DNA of 64,000 nt from Camelus ferus (Eukaryota), in contig NC_045696.1 in NCBI RefSeq assembly GCF_009834535.1, forward strand, positions 19,842,001 to 19,906,000. The letters run 5' to 3'. Below the pieces are notes generated by a model. That model was not told where the DNA came from. It saw only the letters and a program-made list of their open reading frames with translations, and did not search any database. Of this stretch, positions 52,921 through 64,000 are shown piece after piece (within the stretch, counting starts at the first letter, position 1; the number at the start of each line of letters is the position of its first letter). A program made the position numbers and the translations under genes.

Positions 52921-54535
52921 GAAATTTACAATATATGGTTGAAATTCATATGATTTAATTAATTATGAATTAATATGATATGAATTAATTATTTTAAAGA
53001 AATAGGAAAATGGTACTATTAAAAACACTATTGGCTACATCAGTAAAAATAGCAAATACTTCATTAAAGTATTACATTAAATACGTCTTTAAACAAGCAG
53101 CATTCAATCCTTGATAGGTGTTGAGAAAGATAACTTGAATGAAGAAAAGTAAGAAACTGATTTGGGAAGCTCCTAATTTTCTAAGAATACAAATAACGAA
53201 GATAAAAATTTTAAAATATTTCTTATTTGGCTAGATCTTCTTTGCTTAACTGATTTAAACTTGAGAAGCTAATTAGATATTAGCTATACTTGGGTTTCAA
53301 AATAAATGCATTTCTTGGGACTTATTCTTTGTCCCTCTTTGCTTCTTTCCTTGCCTTTTGTCTGACAGCCATTTTCTAGTAAAATAATTATTTCTCTTTC
53401 AAACTTCTGGAAGAAGATTCAGAGGGAAGTTTGATCTCTGGTCCCTGGTGATCATTGATTTTAGAAAGTAATCATTAAATCTTAAAGCACTTGTGAAGTG
53501 AAAAATAAATGTTCTGGAAACAAAATTGTACTAAAAGCAAAAACGATGACTTAATAAGGTGATTGATTACTTTTCAGGAGAAAATTACCTTGGAGAAGTA
53601 ATAATAAGTCAAGAATTCATGTTGTAATCATTAGTTTCACCTTTGAAATTTTTAAGTGACTGTAACTAACTAGTTTGTAAAGATAAGAAGGAAATACTTT
53701 TTAGTGCAAAAGAATGAAGGAAGAAGAATAAGAAAAAATAGAACAAAGATGAGTGAAAAATAGAAAAGAGGGCATAAATGTCAAGTATGCCATTAATTAA
53801 TTATCTAAATAGAAACTACTCAGAATAAAGGTCCAAGATGATCAGACTTGAATAAAAACAAATACACCCATAGACTGCTTTTAAGAGCTTCACATCAAGT
53901 GAAGGCCATAGAAAGATTTAAATAAATGGGTGGGTGGAGAAGTATATATTATATCGTAATGAAAAAATTGTATCTATATGTAATTAGGATACTACAAAGA
54001 CCAAGTGAGGCTTATTTCAGTTACAAAGAAAAATGGCTTAACATTTAAAGATCAACCCTGTCTCATTCACAGAAAATCTATGACAAAATTCCCATACAGT
54101 CATGAAACAAATTCCCAGTAAACTGGGGGATGGAAGGAACATCCCTTAATGAGTTAAGGAGCACACACACACACATACATACAACTAGAGGAAAGGAATA
54201 TATCACTAATGAAAAATTATTACAAATATTCCTTCAGGATATTTTGTCTGTTCAAGATTTTACTGGTTTTCAACCTATAAAACATTAAAAATAAATAAAA
54301 AGTGAATAATTATAAAAGATAAATTAGCATAGCAATTAATTGCATATCAAAAAATTTTGTCCATAGAAAATCTTACAAACAAAAATTTAGGGCTAATAAT
54401 TTTACCAAAGTCAACATATATTAGGAAATTTACACAAATTAAGTGAATTAACTGTACTTCCATCTACTGGCTGCAAAAATACTAATTATGTAATTTTTAA
54501 AAATGATTCTCACTTACTGTGTCATCAAAAAACAT

Positions 54536-55565
54536 CAGAGGTCAAAAGGTGGCCAAAACAGCAGGGTAAGAAGACCTTGAACACATGTCCTCCCAGGGGT
54601 ACATTGATATTACAACTCCTTACAGAGCAACTGTCTAGGAGAATGACCTGAAGACTGGCAGGAAAGATTTTCCATAACTAAAGACATAAGAAGAAATCAC
54701 AAGATGGGTAGGAGAGATGATCAAATAGTATAGCCAAGACCCACACTACCAAGATAGCAATACACAAACAGAAGTCCTCTTGAAGGAGCAAAGTGTCCAA
54801 GTACCACACTGGACTCTCCAGCCCAGGTCTTGCACTGAGGAGATAAGCCCGCAGAATGTCTGGCTTTGAAAAATCAATGTGGCTTACATTCAGGAGACCT
54901 GGAGGGCTGTAGCCAACAGAAAGTCCACTGTTAAAGGGCATACACAAAATCTCACACACTCCAAGTCCTAGCACAGAGGTTGTTTGAGAGGAACCCAGTT
55001 GCTTGGGTCAGACCCACTTGCTGATCTTGGAAAGCCTCCTGCAGAGACAGGAGGCAGCTGGGGATCTCCCTGAGACCCAGACACTTGGGGCAGCCATTTT
55101 AGGGAGCTCATTTTACTGCTCTCACACTAGTACTGATGTGCAATTTTGGAAATTTCCTTCTAGCCTGTAGCACTAGGAACTTGGCCCCACCAACCAGTGG
55201 GCTGGCAATATCATCAAAAAGACAAGAGATAACAAATGGGGACATGGATGTGTAGAAAAGGAAACCCTCATGCACTGCTGGGGGGAGTGTAAATTGGTAC
55301 AACCACTGTGGAAAACAGTTTGGAATTCCCTCAAAAATTTAAAAATAGAATTTTCATATGATCCAGCAATTTTACTTCCGGGTATTTACCCTAAAGAAAT
55401 AAAAACACTAATTTGGAAAGATATATGCACAGTAATGTTCATTGTAGCATTATTTCCATTAGCCAAGATATATATATAGAATCAACCTCAGTGTCCACTG
55501 ATAGATGACTGGATAAAGAAATTGCAATATATATGTATACATAAATACATATATATATATATATG

Positions 55566-55609
<44 letters not shown>

Positions 55610-56085
55610 GGAATATTACTCAGCCCTAAAAAGTCTTCCTATTTGCAGCATCATGGATGTATCTAAAGGGCATTATGCTAAGCTAAGTGAAATAAGTCAG
55701 ACAGAAGAAGACAAATATATGATCTCACTAATGTGTAGAATTTAAAAAACAAAATAAACAAACAAAACAAAATGAAAACAGACCTATAGATACAGAGAAC
55801 AAAGGGATGGTGGCCAGAGGGAATGAGAGTGGGTAGATGAAGTAGGTGAAAGGTGTTAAAAGGCAAAAACCTCCAGTTATAAAATAAATAAGCCATGATG
55901 ATGCAATGTACATCATAAGTAATATGGTCAATAATATTGTAGTAACTTTAACGGGGACAGATCGTTACTGGTCTTACTGTCGTGATCATTTCATAATGCA
56001 TGCAAATGTCAAATCACTATATAGTACACCTATAACATAATGTTTTACATCAACTCTATTTTAATAAAAAAGCAAAAGAAAAACA
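54536..56085 (+). mobile_element. L1 with 5'UTR-like segment (54536-~55208) joined directly to the ORF2 3' end/3'UTR (~55209-56085)
   Basis: The 5' part resembles artiodactyl L1 5'UTR (GTCTGGCTTTGAAAAATCA…ACTGTTAAAGGGCATACACAAAATCTCACACACT…GCAGCCATTTTAGGGAGCT). The 3' part encodes [17 protein letters not shown]…YDPAILLPGIYPKE and ends in AATAAA plus an A-rich tail. Confidence 0.75.
55527..55606. repeat. Compound (TA)n/(AC)19 microsatellite inside the L1 3' end
   Basis: Imperfect TA run followed by (AC)19 at 55569-55606. Confidence 0.9.
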
Positions 56086-56189
56086 AAAAACCCAAATGTC
56101 CAGGAACAATGAAAGATGTGCAGGATATATACAATAAAAACAACAAAATACCACTTGAGTAAAATCAAATTTGACTATAAAAAATGGAG

Positions 56190-56535
56190 GCAGAGGGAGA
56201 TATGAATAGAGGAAGCACAGGGGACTTTTATGGCAGTGAAACTACTGTGTGTGACACTATAATGCTGGATCTGTAATATACCACATTTGACCATATCCAT
56301 GGAATATACATCACGAGTGAGCTGTGAGGTAAACTGTGAACTTTGTGGGATTATTATGTGCTAATGCAGATTCATCAGTTTTGTCAAATGCACCACTCTG
56401 ATGGGGGACAGTGATAGCGGGGGAGGCGGTACATGTGTAGGGGCAGGGGGAATACGGAAAATCTCAGTGCCTTTGTCTCAGTTTTACTGTGAACCCCAAA
56501 AGTGCTCTAAAAATACCTTTATCTTAAAAAAATAC
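56190..56535 (+). mobile_element. L1MC1/2-like 3'UTR fragment
   Basis: ATGAATAGAGGAAGCACAGGGGACTTTTATGGCAGTGAAACTACT…AAATGCACCACTCTGATGGGGGA…TTTTACTGTGAACCCCAAAAGTGCTCTAAAAATA. Confidence 0.8.
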
Positions 56536-57713
56536 ATAAGTACAGAAAGGATCAGAAAGCTTAATAATGTAAATATGTCCCTTTTCCATAAATTAATATG
56601 TAGGTTCAATGACAGCTCAATTAATATTCTAGCTGGTTTTGTATTGTCTGTATGTATCTGTGTGTCCATAAACAAGTTGAATCTAAATTTATGTGGATCT
56701 GCTCAGGCCAAAAAAAAAGACCAGACAATCTTGAAGAAGAAATAAACAGAGAAATTACTTAATATAAAATTCCAGTTATTGAAACAGCAGAGTAGATGCA
56801 ACGGTGGACCAGTAGACTAAGTGAAGTATATTGGATATTCACATGGAAAATAAAATTTTCTTGATCTCTATTTCCCTTCATACTATTTCCTATCTCCTAA
56901 AAATACTTGGTGGAGTTTAGATCTAAATATAAACCAAAAAATTGAGAATAAAAGAAAAAACTTGTATGAGAGTATCTTTCAGACATTCAGTAGGCAGAGG
57001 ACATTTTGAAAAGACACGAGTGCTAAATTTGAAAGAAAAAGGGAAAGTGCTTGCCTTAAAATTAAGATTTTTATTTCTCAAAAGTCAACCTAAAAAGTGA
57101 AAATGAATGTCACTTTGTGAGAGAAGGTATTTACAATACATCTATACAACAAAGGATGACAATCCAAAATGTATAAAGAACTCCAACAATTCAATGAGAA
57201 AAAATGCTTTAAGAATATAAATTGGTATCGCCTTTTAGAAAATTGTTTGCCATCACCCAGTAAAGCTACATAGAAATGTGTAAATTTTATGATCCAGGAG
57301 TTTCACTCCTAGATGTACACCAGAAATGCACAAATATTCAGAAAAAAAGACATATCAAATAACATTATGCCTAATAACCCAGTATTGGAAACAATCAAAA
57401 ATTCCCCTCAGTTGTCATATGGATAAATTTATTCACAAAATAAAATACCATAAAGCAGAGAATGAATGAACTATTGCTCCGTAAATGAATGAATTTCTTC
57501 AATATAATGTTGAGTGAAAGAAACTTAACATAAATAGTATGAAGTGAATGGTTGTAATAATATAAAGTTGGAAAATAAGCAAAACCTCTTTGCTGTTAAT
57601 TAAGGTCATTATCATGTTGTCTCAGGGTGTAGTGGCCGGAAGAGGATCTGGAGGGGGTTCCTGTGATGCCAGATCTGTTGTGTCTTTCATGTGACTGATT
57701 GTTACATGGCTGT

Positions 57714-58345
57714 TGTACTAGCCTTCTGTTTCTGCGTGATAAATTCCTACAAATGTAGTGACTTAAAACAAGATAGATTTGTTATCAGTTTCTGTGGGTT
57801 AGGAGTCCAGGCATGGCTTAGCAGGGTCTGCACTCAAGGTCTCACAAGGCTGCAGTCTGGGTGGAAATGGACTGTGTTCATTTCTGGAGCTCAGGGTCCC
57901 CTGCCTAGGTAACATGCATATTAGCACCATTCAATTCCTTGGAGAAGGAGCACTGAGTCTTTGTTTCTTGTTGTTTGTTGGCTGGGGTCTCCTCTTGGCT
58001 CCTAGAGGCTGCCCACAGGTCCCCCGTCAGCCTTGACGCAATGGGATTATTTGACCCTTTAAAGCAGGAAAATCTCTCTGACTTCAAGCATCTCCCTTCA
58101 GGGAAGGTCTGAACCCTCTATAAAGGGTCACTTGTTTGAGTTATCCCACCCAGATAATCTCCTTTTGGATGAACTGAAGTCAGCTTATACTGGATTTGGT
58201 AACATCAGCTTTGCTGCTTTACGATGACCTAATCAAAGGAGTGGATCCAGTCAGCTTCACAAGCCTTTCTCACATTCAAGGGGAGGGGATTATAAAAAGC
58301 ATGTTCACTGGAGGTGGGGATCTTGGACGCCAGCTTACTGCTATA
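57714..58345 (-). mobile_element. MaLR LTR (MLT1E/F-like)
   Basis: AAATGTAGTGACTTAAAACAA…CAGTTTCTGTGGGTTAGGAGTCCAGGCATGGCTTAGC…CCCACCCAGATAATCTCC…CTCACATTCAAGGGGAGGGGATTATA. Confidence 0.85.
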
Positions 58346-61300
58346 GGAGTGTCCACTGTGAACATTAATCAAGCTGTATGTTATGCATGATATATGCATA
58401 TTTTTGTCCATATGTTTTGACCTAAAAAAGAAAAGTAAGATAAAAATGGGAAGTAAACTAGTCAAGCAAGGCAGAAGATAAGAAGATAATGAATAAAGGA
58501 GATGCCATAGGTTAACCGTGAGTGTGTATTGATAAGAGACACTACACACTAGAGATACTAGAGTGTGGACAACATAAGGAAGGGGGTTATTAGGAAAGAA
58601 ACAGTTCTAGGGTGACAAGATTTTGAGTCAATACTTTATTATAGCCAGAATCATATTGTTTGCTTTCTTTTAAAATAGAGAGCAACCTCTGAGTTTAAGA
58701 GATGAAAAGAAGTTGGTGACGCATATACTTATACCTAAATGAGCTATGCATACTTATAGCAGATATTAACCACTGAATATTCTCATATAAACCAGAAGAA
58801 TAGGAAGATTCAAAAAGACAGGCTGAGTGGAAACAGTTCCAAAGAAGCCAGTTAAGCTGGGGTTTCAAGAAAAGACATTTAATTTGTCTGAAATAATTCA
58901 TTGCTAATCTTTGCAATGACAGAGTCAATGAAAGTTTGAAAAAATAAACTGCTGTAAAAGAAATTTTACAGGTCATTCTGGAGATGCAGATGAAGATTTA
59001 GACACTTAATAGTTCATAATTCTACCACTTTAAAATGTAAAATTTAAAGAAATGGAAAAATACCTGCAATAACTGAAAAGGGATAACTTAACCTGTGGTG
59101 TACCTATAGAATGGAATATTATACAGTAAATTTTAGGAAAATTATTTTTGCAGTCATATAATAATTATCATGGAAACAGAGATAGTGGATATCCAAAGAT
59201 TTAAGAATTTTAATTATGAAGAAACAAATTGCACAGAACATACGGGAAATTTTTTATTTTGCATTTGTATTATTTTTAAAATGTTTTAAAATCACAGGTG
59301 AGTGTAATTTAAGGGAGAAATAAATAACTGTATAAAGCATAAATCTTGAGGCATCCCAGGATGGATTGCACAGTCCTTAGAAACTGAGAGACGAGTTAGA
59401 ACAAAAAATGCAGAGAACAGGCTGAATGCACACCGTCAATAGGCAGCGTGGCCATTTCTCTGGTCTTCAGAGAAAAATAGGGAAAGTGATGGGTCCCCAA
59501 CCCCATCATTTAGTCATTGAGGATATGTCAATGTAACATTTAGGAATAGTTAGGTGTACAGTAGGAAAACTTCCTTCAATTTCTAGCTGTTTTTAAACTT
59601 GAAAGTGCTTCCTTCACAAATATCTGTACACTGTCCCTCAACAGCCCTAACAAATGAGAACAGTGAAGCAGTCTTTTGGAAACCTCATATTTTTAGATGG
59701 CATTTTCCAAATTGCATGATTTAATTAATAAAAAAAAAACTTCAGGGCTTTATGCCATTTTATACCTCACATATGTACTGTTTTGTAACAATTCAGATCA
59801 TATTTTTATTTCTTAAAAGTGATCTTATTTTTAATATTTTAATAGAAAAATGGACCATTGTCACTCTAATTTTTTACTTTGATCTTTCTTGCTAATATTA
59901 GGGTCACATTCCCACACATTCTGTTATCTCAGTAACCTGCACGTGTGATGAATCCACTGTTCACAGAGGGATTTCCAGCAATGTTTCAAAGGATGGCTTA
60001 ACAATGCCTTTGAAGAGTAATGCAGTCATGGATTATTTTTAAATTTTCCTGAGCTTTATTTTATCCCCCTTCCTCTTGATATGAAGTATTGAGGATGAAC
60101 TGAATCTGCATATGAAAAGTATGTCAGATGCAGAATTTTGTTTAAATTAGCAGTGGTATTGTGGATTGAGGGGGGAAATGTGGTACTGAGTATATGGACA
60201 AAAGTGATGAATTATTGAGCTAATCGAGGAATATATTAAAGACTGCATGGGCTTAAATCTGCCTAGGGAATTACTGTAGCTTTGGACACGTTTGCATACA
60301 TAAGAGTTAGAAATAAGGACCTTTCAACAAATGCCTGTCATATAATTGGCATCAGGAAATATAAATCTGAATAAGGACTCAGGAAAGAGAATTCAAACTC
60401 AAATTAAAACCGTGTAGGTCAGCAAAATCATTAGCATTTTCTTACTTTGCTAAAAATCATAATGATTTTTAACTGAGACAAATGATTTATGCAGGAAGAA
60501 ATAGTTCAAATGGAAAGTTAGGTTTCCTTGACCTTTCATTTTGTAGCTAAAATCAACTCAAGAACTAAATAGAGATTGACCCAAAACCCAAAAGATGCTT
60601 CTTTCCACAAGTCAGAATCACCTGATTGGGGGCTCGCAATGAGTTTTAAAATCTTTCACCTCTATGTTACTAGTCGAAACACCATCAAGATTGGTCAGGT
60701 CTAAAAGTTGTTGTAATCTGATGCATTATTAAGTGACTCATGAGGATTTGCTAGCGGTCAGATTTCAAATCCTGGAAGGCAAACTGCCATATCTCAAAGC
60801 CATGCTCAGGACGGTTATTAAATTAATGCACCAGGCTTCACTAAGGAGTCCTCTGTAGTGAACTGTCTGCCCTCAATAAGGTAAATCCTACAAAAATTAT
60901 AGTAGGGATTTATGCCTTTGCACATCTTGAATGAATAAACACATCACTCTACGATTTGCCTTGATTTGAATAGCACTTAAAGAGTGTTTTGTATTTTAAA
61001 AACTAATCAAATAAAATGGGGCCAATGTATCATTAAAAGCAATAGATGAATGTTTCCATTAACATTTTTTTACATGCTCGGGTTAGAAGATAGCTTAGTG
61101 GGCAGTTTGCCACGATTTATTCTTCAGTGAAAAGTACCAGGGCAAGCGAAGCATCTCAACATGCCCATTTAACTTCTGCTTTCTATCTAAAAGCTGAACA
61201 CTTACTCATCAACCGCCTCAGCCTTGGCGCTTTGAGCTGCTTAGAGTGAGCATCTGTATTCAAACATATGCTGTGGGTAACTACCAAGATATTTTAGCCA

Positions 61301-62459
61301 GTTTGGTTTAGCAGCTGTTCTGTAAAAGTGAGATGAGTAATTTAATAAGCAACTCTGCTTGACTCGGCCACTATCCCCTCAGTGTGTGTCAACCGCAGCC
61401 AGAAATACAGCCGAAAAAGGGTTCACTGCTTGGGTGACGGAAAAACAGAATAATGATTTATGCAGAGGACCATCTTAGAGGCTCTGACAAGTGCTCACTG
61501 TCCCACACAAGTCATCGCTGCCACTCTAAAGAGAACAGATGGCTTTGCACACACCACTAAAGAAGGAATTCTGCACGGATAGCATGAAACTTCACTACTT
61601 TTCTAAGCACATCTTGTTATAACCAAGCAATGAAAAGAACTTGCCAAAATGCTACAAATACGAACCTTGGTCTTGCTCCTAGGAAAACATAAATCTACTT
61701 AAAAAAAGATATTTTCAGAAATGGATGAAGATAAACTATTTTTTATCTGTTATTTTCTATATTAAACCAAACAGATAGTCTTATAATATGAAACCAAAGC
61801 AGATGCTTTGATATATTTGACAATTCTGACTGTGAAGCTATCAATACAAGACAAAATTCTGGGTTAAATAATATTATGCCCAATATTTGTTCACAGAACT
61901 GTTTAAAATGCTTCAGAACTTTAAATTCAGTTAAAAATGAATGCGAGTTGTGTATATTTAAAAGAGAAACCGGTAGACAACATCCTGATTGGTGATTTTT
62001 TTTTTTGATGTTTCATGTAAAGATTCCATTATAGTGATTATTTAAGCAGTGTATTCCCTAATGGTCCCTCAACAGGCTGTGCTTCTGTTATGGTGCATCA
62101 ATCAATTCCCATTATACTATTACCTTACAGCATATTCAATATTTGGGGTTTATAATATATTCCAAAATTTATACATAGGAGTGTTTATTTCAAAAGCATA
62201 TTCTTTCACCACTGGATCTTAGAAAAATGAGTGCAGATAAAATGAGTGAAGATAACATAAACAACTGTGAGCCAATTTGGCAAAGCATCTTAAACCTCCT
62301 TTGGCAAAACAACCACAAAAAATTTGCAATAGGAAATTTTCTATTTCAGTGTTTCTGTATGACACAATTCAACAGAAGATCGGGCATGATAGCCGTGGTT
62401 AAAACTGGGCCATTTTGCTGAGTCTGCAGTCTTGGCCACCCTGTCTCCTGGCCCCTAAC

Positions 62460-62730
62460 GACCCAACATGTAGTATACACACCATCAGCACCAGAGTCCT
62501 CTAGGAGTTTTGCAGAAGTCCATACTTCCAGGACCAATCAGTACCTCCAAAATCAGGGTCTGCATTTTAGCAACATGTCCAGGGGATTTCCATGCACCTT
62601 ACAAATTTAATGGCACCGCTCTAGCCCTGTGGTTCTCAACCTTGACTCCACGTTAGAAGAATCTGAGGAGCTCTGAAAAATTAGCTGTGACTGGGAAGCA
62701 TGCCCAGGCCAGTCGCATCAGTCTGTGAAG
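62460..62730 (+). mobile_element. MER5A followed by a MER5B-like fragment (hAT-Charlie)
   Basis: CCATCAGCACCAG…TCTGCATTTTAGCAACATGTCCAGGGGATTTCCATGCAC, then CTGTGGTTCTCAACCTTGACTCCACGTTAGAA. Confidence 0.65.
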
Positions 62731-63649
62731 TAAGTATGTACAATCAGGTCCAGACCCCTGATCCTTCTGAGAATACATTCTAGTATTTTCACTCCTAGGT
62801 ACCCCAGAGTCCACATGCAGAGCATAGCCCAAAAATGGTAATCATTGGATGGTACCAATAAATGTAGTTACTGCTAACATTTCAAAAGCCTAACCGCTTT
62901 CTTGAAAATATGAGACATTATTTGATTTGGGTCATGATCTCTTTTTTATTGAGCAAAACACTCTCAAAAGCTCTCTATTCTCTTCCTGCTTAACAACAAA
63001 TAGAAACCCAATTTCATATTTCTGAGGCACAAATGGAACTGTATGCCATTGTTTCTCTGAACCATATCTTTATCAATATATGAAAACATGCTTTTCCTCT
63101 CTTTTTGCCATTGTTCGGCTGGAGGTCAACTCAGGGTAAACACAGAGAGGCCTTCGTAAAGCTGGATAAGTCAGCCAACCAGAAACCCAGAACAAAACAA
63201 AGACAAAATCTCACAAACAGCAAGGGAACCGAAGAGGAGTCCTAAAAATGTCAAACATCTCCTTTGATAATGAGTTCCCTCAGGACAGAAAATGTGTGTC
63301 TTCTTCATCTTTGAGTCTGGCACAATGCTTAGAACATCGTAGGTTCTTAAATTATGTTTCTAATTCTAAAGGAACATGTGTTCATTATAGAAAAAAAAAA
63401 TGAAAACACAGAAAAAGGAAAGAGACAAAATCTGAAATAGCTTGACTTTGAACTCCAGACACATTGTACAGATCTATTGCGGCTGAACTGGAGTGCTTAA
63501 TAAAATGAAAATGCCATCTGGTATGAAAACATGTCTTGTCTTTGAAATCCAACTACAATTGTTCATGTAGAATTGAGTCAATTATAGATCAATTTTGTGA
63601 CATTCTGGGAGGTCGGTATGGGTAATATGTTAAAATATGGGCATTGCTG

Positions 63650-63730
63650 CATATGAATGCATATATATATGTATGTACATATACATATATGTGTGAATAT
63701 ATATCTGTATGTACATATATATGCATATAT
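63650..63730. repeat. Degenerate (TA/TG) low-complexity repeat
   Basis: CATATATATATGTATGTACATATACATATATGTGTG…. Confidence 0.85.
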
Positions 63731-64000
63731 AGGACAACAGAGCAGGGGCCACATTTTACCTGTAACTTGGAACGGAAATTATATAATGGAAGCAATTATC
63801 TATACATTAGCCTTCGATGTTTGTGTACAGAACTGCCTTTCACTTTTTTCTCACTTCAATCACTTGCATCTATAACCTAAATATCCCTTTAGACCGATGT
63901 TTAAGCTCCTTGGAAGTCTTCCTACGAAAAGAAAAACCTGATTTTTAAGCATCTCCTGTGCTGCGGAATCTTACGGAGCAGGGTTTATATTCAGTCCTGG

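Larger units (their letters stand above)
53760..57690 (+). mobile_element. Very old L1 (L1ME/L1M5-like) host, fragmented by younger insertions
   Basis: A-rich degenerate ORF2 motifs are collinear across the inserts (…TCATCAAAAAACATC | GAAAGATGTGCAGGATATATAC | AAATTAATATGTAGGTTCAATG…GAGAAGGTATTTACAATACAT…ATGATCCAGGAGTTTCACTCCTAGAT). Confidence 0.65.

Noticed and set aside
63589..63880. Overlapping ORFs rich in Y/I/H/V
   Set aside because: Translation of TA/TG low-complexity repeat.
1..64000. CRISPR arrays, operons, rRNA or other prokaryote-type systems
   Set aside because: The sequence is mammalian intron and intergenic DNA. I saw no regularly spaced repeat-spacer array and no dense intronless gene cluster.

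Overview
Mammalian genomic DNA, very probably camelid (alpaca/llama/camel): there are two Vic-1-type tRNA-derived SINEs and camelid-type L1 3' ends. The only confident gene is NCAM2 on the minus strand. Its first coding exon (18461->18407, MSLLLSFYLLGLLVSSGQ + G|GTAGGA) lies in a CpG island with a 5'-UTR CCG/CGG repeat. Positions 1-18406 are the start of intron 1, and ~19-64 kb is AT-rich upstream sequence filled with L1, L2, MIR, LTR and hAT relics. Most listed ORFs are chance or repeat-derived. The most interesting signal is a set of non-repeat, exon-like islands on the + strand (best at 32553-32850 and 45196-45595) running divergently from the NCAM2 promoter. They have plausible splice sites and reading frames broken by only a few stops or frameshifts, which suggests a decayed multi-exon gene or a spliced divergent transcript. 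I cannot name the protein. Other notable items: an exact 56-bp locally templated duplication, a young TSD-flanked L1, and an L1 whose 5'UTR is fused to its 3' end inside a nested L1 cluster. Repeat family names are from recalled consensus similarity and boundaries are approximate.
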